A stretch of DNA of 62,815 nt, filler included. It is 4 parts of 4 records of this genome, joined end to end, with 100 filler letters (N's around TTAATTAATTAA, not from the genome) between each part and the next. Parts side by side here need not be neighbours in the genome. Positions count along the whole stretch, not along the records: positions 56,738 to 62,815 come from DRR378314_1993; 3 more parts are not named here. The stretch is one strand, 5' to 3'. Positions 56,638 through 62,815 of this stretch are shown here, one piece after another; position 1 is the stretch's first letter; every line of letters begins with the position of its first letter. The notes beneath the pieces were generated by a model. It was not told where the DNA came from, searched no databases, and worked only from the letters and a program-made list of their open reading frames with translations. The translations under genes were made by a program, and so were the position numbers.

Positions 56638-56737
56638 NNNNNNNNNNNNNNNNNNNNNNNNNNNNNNNNNNNNNNNNNNNNTTAATTAATTAANNNNNNN
56701 NNNNNNNNNNNNNNNNNNNNNNNNNNNNNNNNNNNNN
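56638..56737. other. artificial contig linker
   Basis: 44 N + TTAATTAATTAA + 44 N. Confidence 0.99.
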
Positions 56738-57205
56738 GGATTTCAGCACCATCACCAGAAGCGCCGGGAAGATCCCCCAGCCTGCAATCCGCAGGTAGGT
56801 TCCGGCATCCGCCGCCACCTGGGGCTCCTGTCCGGCCGCCAGCAGGATCGCCTCGGAATACCACATCAAGGGCATCGACAGCGCGCCATAGACCACCGAC
56901 AGCCACAGCCCCATGCGGGTGGAGCGGCGAATGCGGCGATGGTCATCCCGAGCGGCCGCCGAGGCCACCATCGGCATCACCGCAAAGGCAAACCCGGCAC
57001 CCAGGATGAACCACACGAAAAAGAACGACTGCGCCAGCGTCACAGCGGCCAGCTCGGCAACACCATACCACCCCAGCATCACCGTATCGGTCAGACCGAT
57101 GGCAAACTGCGCGATGTGACCACCGATCAACGGCAGGCCTAGGATCGACAATGCGCGGACATGTCCGCCATAGCTCATCTGTACAGGGTGTGTGTTTGCC
57201 ATCAT
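56738..57205 (-). CDS. MATE family efflux transporter (NorM-like), 5' fragment
   Basis: GGAGG RBS; LGLPLIGGHIAQFAIGLTDTVMLGWYG..ELAAVTLA; cut by contig end. Confidence 0.92.
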
Positions 57206-57362
57206 TTCGGCCTCCTTGTAGCACACGCCCTTTAGGCCGGGTTTGATGTATCGACAAGTCAGGATTTCGTACCGATACAATTGCACAAGGAATAGGCAGT
57301 TGGAAAACGGCGAGAGCCCGCCTATAGCGGCCTCTCCGGCCAATGCGCTGTGTAACGCGACG

Positions 57363-58430
57363 TCACATACTGCGCATCAGAAGCTGCAGGCACAGCACCA
57401 GAACCAGCCCACCGGCACAGACCTCCAGCGCGGCTGCCAGACGCGCGCCGCCAGTCCCCTCCTGCCCCAGCACCCGCGCCAGAACGCCACCGCGCACGCC
57501 CGCCGCAACAAGCGCAACACAAAGGGTCACACAGGCCGTGCCCACCCCCATCGCGAATGTCCCCGCCACCCCCGCCGACAGCACATCCAGCCGCCAGGTC
57601 AGCAACAGCAGGAACACTGCGCCCGTGCAGGGACGTGCCGCGATGCTGAGGATGATCGCCACGGCTTCCCGCCAGGAGGAGAGATTTGCGGCCTCCTCCA
57701 ACGTCGGTCCATGGCGATGACCACAGCTGGCACAGACTGCGCCCGGTCCATGATGGTGATGATCCGCATCACCATGGCCCTCATCCGTGTGAGGGTCATG
57801 GGATGGAGGGTCATTTGAGTGACGATGGGTCTGGTGATGCGCGTGACCTGTATCAGCAGCGGCGCCATGCCCCGGCGCCACATGGGCATGGTCGGCGTGA
57901 TGATGCCGCCCGGCTGTTGCCCGCAGCCGAAGCGCCCTGCGCAGACCGCGCAGCAGCAGGTACAGTCCAAGCAGCGCCATCAACCCGTAGGAGACTGGCG
58001 CCAGCAGGTCCTCCGCCGTGGCGGTCAGTCGCTCCCGCCCCCAGTCAAACAGCCAGACCCCGGCCAGCACCAGGATCACCGCGCTTGCCGCCTGGGCCAG
58101 GGAGGACGCAACCGCCAGCCCCGACAGGCGCCACAGGGTGACAGCCCGCCCCAGCCCGTAGCCGCCGATCACCAGCTTGCCATGCCCCGGACCGGCTGCG
58201 TGAAAGAACCCATAGGCGAAACAGACGCCCATCAGGCTCCACCAGGCACCGGGCTGGCCGCCCTTCAGCGCCCGCAGCCCCTGCGCCATGGCATTCTGAG
58301 CCTCCCGCTGCGCCTCGGCCGCCGCACGCAGCAACGGCTCCGCGCCGCCAAAACCCCAGAGCCAGACCGCGCCCAGCAGCACAACCAGCAGCAGCGTGCT
58401 GCCAAGGATCGTCAGCAGGTGCCGCGCCAT
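57363..58430 (-). CDS. NicO/RcnA-family metal transporter (ZevB-like)
   Basis: YGFFHAAGPGHGK, long His-rich loop, CASCGHRH, RPCTGA. Confidence 0.88.
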   Translation of the reverse strand: MARHLLTILGSTLLLVVLLGAVWLWGFGGAEPLLRAAAEAQREAQNAMAQGLRALKGGQPGAWWSLMGVCFAYGFFHAAGPGHGKLVIGGYGLGRAVTLWRLSGLAVASSLAQAASAVILVLAGVWLFDWGRERLTATAEDLLAPVSYGLMALLGLYLLLRGLRRALRLRATAGRHHHADHAHVAPGHGAAADTGHAHHQTHRHSNDPPSHDPHTDEGHGDADHHHHGPGAVCASCGHRHGPTLEEAANLSSWREAVAIILSIAARPCTGAVFLLLLTWRLDVLSAGVAGTFAMGVGTACVTLCVALVAAGVRGGVLARVLGQEGTGGARLAAALEVCAGGLVLVLCLQLLMRSM

Positions 58431-58431
58431 C

Positions 58432-59070
58432 TCAGCCCTCACACGCCAGCGAGACGGTGGCGGCAAAGGCCGCACCGACCTCCGGATAGGCATCCTCGGC
58501 CTGCTCCGTCGGCATCGCATAGAGAAGTTCTTCGACCAGCGTATAGGCCCGGTCCAGATCCGGCGGCGTGACCGAGGCGGTACAGGGTCCGGTCACCTCC
58601 ACCCCGCGGCTCAGGTCGTAGGCCGTGTAATAGGTCGGATCATAGGGTTTCACCGTCACCCCACCAGCCGCGACAGGCGTCTCGCCGATCAATTCGCGCC
58701 GGTGGCGGGTGGTGATAATGCCACGCTCCACCTCGGTGCTCAGGTGGACGGGGTCGCCCAGCGCCAGAGCGCGCGCCCCGGCGGTCAGGTAGAGGTCGCC
58801 CTCGAACCCCTCGCTCCAGTTCATGTCAAAGCCTTTCAGCCGCTCCAGCTCCTGCGGCGTCAGCGCGCCGTCAAAGTCACTGTCGAGCAGCAGGTCCTCA
58901 AAGATCAGCAGCGAATAGAAATCATCATAGGCCCAGGTGACCTCCACCGCGGTCAGCTCTCCGGCGGCGTTCACCTCCAGCTTCAGCCCGGTGTCCACAA
59001 AGATATGCGGATGCGCCAGAAGCGGCGCAGGCGCGAGCAGGGCAATACAGAGGGCAAATCTCTTGATCAT
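58432..59070 (-). CDS. DUF1007-family periplasmic protein (ZevA-like)
   Basis: Signal peptide ending LLA followed by HPHIFVD; W.YDDFYS; YDPTYY. Confidence 0.87.
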   Translation of the reverse strand: MIKRFALCIALLAPAPLLAHPHIFVDTGLKLEVNAAGELTAVEVTWAYDDFYSLLIFEDLLLDSDFDGALTPQELERLKGFDMNWSEGFEGDLYLTAGARALALGDPVHLSTEVERGIITTRHRRELIGETPVAAGGVTVKPYDPTYYTAYDLSRGVEVTGPCTASVTPPDLDRAYTLVEELLYAMPTEQAEDAYPEVGAAFAATVSLACEG

Positions 59071-59082
59071 GTTATAACATCT
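59064..59082 (-). promoter_or_regulatory. Zur-box-like site overlapping the DUF1007 start codon
   Basis: Perfect palindrome ATGTTATAACAT (59069-59080); minus strand AGATGTTATAACATGATCA. Confidence 0.55.
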
Positions 59083-59167
59083 ACTGAAGGCGCCCATAGG
59101 GCTCAAGCGGGTTTGAAGATCACGCGCGCATCCTGCGCCGGTTTCCGCCCGGCACCGGGCCCGCGGC

Positions 59168-59776
59168 TCACCGATGGCCCCAGTCCTGCGGATCGGCGCT
59201 GTTGCCCGGGCTCAGTCCCAGCACATCGCCCTGCGTCGAGCAGCCCAACCCCAGCACCGTGCGATTGGCATAGGCGAAATAGGCCACCACCTGATTGATC
59301 TCCAGGATTTCGCCATCTGACAGCCCATTGTCCCGCAGGGGCCAGATATCAGCCTGGACCATCTCTGCCGGGCGCTCTGTCAGCTTTTGCGCATAGACCA
59401 GCGCGGCCTTGTCCGCATCCCGCAGCGGCAGGCTGTCAATGTCACGCGCCGCAATGGCAGTGCGGATCGCATCGGCACGCGCATCATCCTGCAGCAACCG
59501 CTGCAAGCCCGCAAAATGATGCTCCACGCAATAGTCGCAGCCGTTGAGAGCCGACACCCAGACCCCCAGCACTTCGAGAAACCATTTGGGCAGCGCATTG
59601 CCGCTGTGGTGCAGCACATTCTTGTAGAGCGCCATATGCCCTTCCATGGAATGCGGACGCAGGGAATGCGCCATCATGATGTTGTCGACATTGCCATCCG
59701 GCCCCACCACCCGGTCATAGAGCTTGCGCAGTTTTCCGGTCGCCTTTTCAAATGCAACGGTCTCAATCCAGGCCAT
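59168..59776 (-). CDS. carboxymuconolactone decarboxylase/AhpD-like peroxidase-related protein
   Basis: VSALNGCDYCVEHH, EINQVVAYFAYANR. Confidence 0.87.
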   Translation of the reverse strand: MAWIETVAFEKATGKLRKLYDRVVGPDGNVDNIMMAHSLRPHSMEGHMALYKNVLHHSGNALPKWFLEVLGVWVSALNGCDYCVEHHFAGLQRLLQDDARADAIRTAIAARDIDSLPLRDADKAALVYAQKLTERPAEMVQADIWPLRDNGLSDGEILEINQVVAYFAYANRTVLGLGCSTQGDVLGLSPGNSADPQDWGHR

Positions 59777-59853
59777 TCGTCACCTCCAGCATATAATGCA
59801 GGCACGCTACCCCGCCGCCTGCGCAAAGCAAAGCCTCCCGGTCGCGCGGCAGG

Positions 59854-61269
59854 TCAGACCCGCAACCGCATCTCCTGCACCGCATCCAGCGCGGCGGTGA
59901 TATCCTCGTCCCGCGTCCGGTGATTGGTGATCGCGGCGCGCAAACAGGTGGTTCCCGCCACATCCGTGGTGGAAAAGACCGCGCTCCCGGTCAGCTGCAG
60001 CGCCATGGCGATCTGCGTGTTGATCTGTGACTGGCGCTCCGGTGTCTCTTCGGCCGCGGCGGTGAAGACGCAGATATTCGACACCACCGGATGCATCAGC
60101 GCAAAGCCGTCCCGCGCCTCTACCTGCGTGGCCATCTGCGCCGCCTGCCTGCAATTGTCGGTGATTGCCGCTGCAAAGGCCGCCGCGCCAAACATCTCCA
60201 GCGCGCACCAGACCTTGATCGCGCGATTGCCCCGGCTGAGGTCGATCCCGTAGTCGCAGAACCACGGCTCGCCCCCGGCCAGCCCCGCCTCGGCCGCCGC
60301 CAGATAGGACGGGCGCGCGGCAAAGGCCGCCCGATGCGCGGCCGCGTCCCGCATCAGCACCAACCCGCAGTCATAGCCCACATACATCCATTTGTGAAAA
60401 TCCAACGCCAGACTGTCGGCCCGTTCGATACCATCACTCAATCCCCGCCAGGGGGCCTCCGCCAGCCGGGTCCATGCGCCAAAGGCCCCATCCACATGCA
60501 GCCAAAGCCCCTCGGCAGCCGCCAGATCCGCCAGCGCATTGAGGTCGTCAAACAGCCCGAGGTCCACCGATCCCGCCGTGCCCACGATCAGGAACGGCAT
60601 CGCGCCCGCCGCCCGATCCTCGGCCAGCATGGCCCGCAGCGCCTGCGGATCCATTTGCCCGTCGCGCAGCGGCACCCGGCGCAGGTTCTGCGATCCGATG
60701 CCCAGCAGCTCCAGCGCCTTCAGCGTGGCATTGTGAACGCCTGCCCCCGCATAGGCCGTCAGTCGCCGATCCCCCTGCCCCGCCTGCCGCAGATCCGGCA
60801 CCGCCCACACCCGCGCCGCCTGAAACGCCAGCACCGTGGCCTGCGACGTGCCGGAGGTGAACACGCCGCTTGCGCCCTCGGCAAAGCCCATGGCCTGCCG
60901 CGTCCAGTCGATCACCGCGCGTTCCATCCGGTTGGCGCCATGGTCGCGACCGCCGCAATTGGCATTCACCGCCGCCGTCGCCATGGCCGCGATCAGATCA
61001 GAGGCCAGCCCGGTGCCCTGCACCCAGCCCCAGAACCGCGGATGGATATTGCCGCCATGATGCGGCAGCACCTCCTCGACCAGCCGCGCCACCAGGTCGC
61101 CCTGATCCGCCTGCCCGATGGCATAGCGCGCCTCCAGATCCTCCGGCACCGGCTGCCAGGGCCGGTTGCGCGCCACCTGCATCTGGCTGATCGCCGCGTC
61201 CAGCATCCGCCGCGCCTCCACGCGAAACGCGCCCCAGTCGTCGGGGTCCAATATACCGTTCTTTCCCAT
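59854..61269 (-). CDS. group II PLP-dependent amino-acid decarboxylase
   Basis: HPRFWGWV, TSGTSQA, GTAGSV, WLHVDGAFG, DSLALDFHKW. Confidence 0.92.
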   Translation of the reverse strand: MGKNGILDPDDWGAFRVEARRMLDAAISQMQVARNRPWQPVPEDLEARYAIGQADQGDLVARLVEEVLPHHGGNIHPRFWGWVQGTGLASDLIAAMATAAVNANCGGRDHGANRMERAVIDWTRQAMGFAEGASGVFTSGTSQATVLAFQAARVWAVPDLRQAGQGDRRLTAYAGAGVHNATLKALELLGIGSQNLRRVPLRDGQMDPQALRAMLAEDRAAGAMPFLIVGTAGSVDLGLFDDLNALADLAAAEGLWLHVDGAFGAWTRLAEAPWRGLSDGIERADSLALDFHKWMYVGYDCGLVLMRDAAAHRAAFAARPSYLAAAEAGLAGGEPWFCDYGIDLSRGNRAIKVWCALEMFGAAAFAAAITDNCRQAAQMATQVEARDGFALMHPVVSNICVFTAAAEETPERQSQINTQIAMALQLTGSAVFSTTDVAGTTCLRAAITNHRTRDEDITAALDAVQEMRLRV

Positions 61270-61378
61270 GGACCTATGTCCCCCGTTTGCTAAGCTGCGA
61301 CTGTTTGAACAGCACATTGAGCAGCCTCCCGCGCAGGGTCAACTCAGGCTGCACCCAAAATCGGCAAAGGGAGGTTTG

Positions 61379-61990
61379 ATGGTGGCCATTGGACGCGTCG
61401 AGCGTATCACCGCTCTGGTGGCGGCGCTCTTGGGCATTGCAACCGGCATCGGCTACTTTTGGGATCGGCTCAGTCCGACGCCGACATTGGCCTATTTCGA
61501 CGGCACCGCCAGCACCGATGCCAGCCAGCTCGGAGACGGCGACAACACCGCGCTGCGTGATTTTCTGGCCCAGCAGGGAAACAACCCGGTCTTTCTGGAC
61601 CTCTCCGTCTACGTAAACGACCTGTCACCACGCCGCACACCGGCCTGCGACACGGATCCGCCCGCTGGTATGAGCGCGGCCGCAGACGCGAGTTCCTACG
61701 TGTTCTGGTCTCTCGAGCCGAACCACACCTGCACCACAGGGACCAGCGCACAACAGCCCTCCGCGGTCTTGTTCGCCTTGGACTTGGCCCTGGATCAGAC
61801 CATACCGGGTGCCGACGTCCAAATCCCCCCATCTTCCAGCGGCGGCGTGGGGCGCTGGGTTCAGCGGATCTCCGGCTTCTTTCTGGTTGCGCACGGCAGT
61901 TACGGTGGGCAGGACGTCTTTACCCTCACCCCCACAGCTGTTGCGCAGGATCTACGGCAGGCCACCCGTACGGCCGCCGCCAAACGCTGA
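61379..61990 (+). CDS. hypothetical membrane-anchored protein
   Basis: GGGAGG RBS before ATG 61379, N-terminal TM (ALVAALLGIATGIGYFW), no recognised motif. Confidence 0.6.
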   Translation: MVAIGRVERITALVAALLGIATGIGYFWDRLSPTPTLAYFDGTASTDASQLGDGDNTALRDFLAQQGNNPVFLDLSVYVNDLSPRRTPACDTDPPAGMSAAADASSYVFWSLEPNHTCTTGTSAQQPSAVLFALDLALDQTIPGADVQIPPSSSGGVGRWVQRISGFFLVAHGSYGGQDVFTLTPTAVAQDLRQATRTAAAKR

Positions 61991-62116
61991 CCGGGCGGGG
62001 CGTCGACACGCGGGACGCAGCCTTATCCACAGGCGCGTCACGCCCCTTCCCCCGCTCGATCACATACGCCATAATAGCCACCAACCAAACCCAACGATAA
62101 GAGCAGTGATCCGCAT

Positions 62117-62815
62117 ATGGCCGACGATCTCCTGAGCCCGTCCTCGTCCGACACCTATGACGCCTCCTCCATCGAAGTCCTCGAAGGCCTGGAACCCGTG
62201 CGTCAACGCCCCGGCATGTATATCGGCGGCACCGACGAACGGGCGCTGCACCATATGGTGGCGGAAATCCTCGACAACTCCATGGACGAGGCCGTCGCCG
62301 GTCACGCCAACCGCATCGAGGTGGAGCTGAACGCCGACTACTCGCTCACCGTGCGCGACAACGGCCGGGGCATCCCGATCGATCCGCACCCGAAGTTCCC
62401 CGACAAATCGGCGCTGGAGGTGATCCTCTGCACCCTGCACGCGGGCGGCAAATTCTCCGGCAAGGCCTATCAGACCTCCGGCGGTCTGCACGGGGTGGGC
62501 TCCTCGGTGGTCAACGCCCTGTCGGATCTGCTGGTGGTGCAGGTCGCCAAGAACAAGGAACTCTTTGAACAGCGGTTCTCGCGCGGTGTACCGCAGGGGC
62601 CGGTGGAAAAGATCGGCGCCGCCCCCAACCGGCGCGGCACCACCGTGACCTTCCACGCCGACGAGCAGATCTTCGGCTCTCACCGTTTCAAGCCCAAGCG
62701 CCTGTTCACCCTGGTACGCTCCAAGGCCTACCTGTTCTCCGGCGTCGAGATCCGCTGGAAATCCGCCATCGACGACGGTGAGACCCCGACCGAGGCCACC
62801 TTCCACTTCCCCGGC
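62117..62815 (+). CDS. parE: DNA topoisomerase IV subunit B, 5' fragment (absent from the ORF track)
   Basis: Manual translation: MADDLL...YDASSIEVLEGLEPVRQRPGMYIGGTDERALHH...DNSMDEAVAGHA...DNGRGIP...LHAGGKF...SGGLHGVG. Confidence 0.92.
   Translation, partial: MADDLLSPSSSDTYDASSIEVLEGLEPVRQRPGMYIGGTDERALHHMVAEILDNSMDEAVAGHANRIEVELNADYSLTVRDNGRGIPIDPHPKFPDKSALEVILCTLHAGGKFSGKAYQTSGGLHGVGSSVVNALSDLLVVQVAKNKELFEQRFSRGVPQGPVEKIGAAPNRRGTTVTFHADEQIFGSHRFKPKRLFTLVRSKAYLFSGVEIRWKSAIDDGETPTEATFHFPG

Overview
This window is not one locus. It holds four unrelated contigs joined by artificial 100-nt linkers (44 N + TTAATTAATTAA + 44 N) at 22821-22920, 39867-39966 and 56638-56737. Taxa below are inferred from gene content and composition, not from a database search. 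Contig 1 (1-22820, Roseobacter-group-like): 5' part of RNase P RNA, amidase, lipoprotein, gatCA, tadA, rluB-like, a terC-xpaC-telA-DUF2927-SPFH-cytochrome b-Zn-ribbon-nitroreductase-dtd run, and a type I secretion system with an Ig-repeat adhesin preceded by a perfect CtrA-type box. Contig 2 (22921-39866, Halomonas-like): fabAB, a PAS-GGDEF-EAL protein, a light/singlet-oxygen cluster (LitR-like MerR regulator, photolyase, SnoaL, SDR, and FAD oxidoreductase/DUF1365/cfa-like genes resembling the furan fatty acid ufaD/O/M set) and rapA. Contig 3 (39967-56637, Alcanivorax-like, high GC): metG, a RetS-like 7TM-DISM hybrid kinase, a PhoD-like phosphatase without a signal peptide, a candidate unannotated Rsm/Csr-type sRNA, a radical SAM gene with a LexA box, DUF748, slt, rsmC and an ATP-dependent DNA ligase with a signal peptide. 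Contig 4 (56738-62815, Roseobacter-group-like): MATE pump, a ZevAB-like metal-uptake pair with a Zur-like palindrome, an AhpD-like protein, a PLP decarboxylase, an orphan ORF and parE. No CRISPR array, tRNA, rRNA, transposase or phage gene was seen. The best candidates for new biology are the GGA-hairpin sRNA near the RetS-like kinase, the PspA-less TelA/XpaC/SPFH/Zn-ribbon envelope-stress cluster, and 11-bp-periodic LitR/CarH-type sites, one of them inside a coding sequence.
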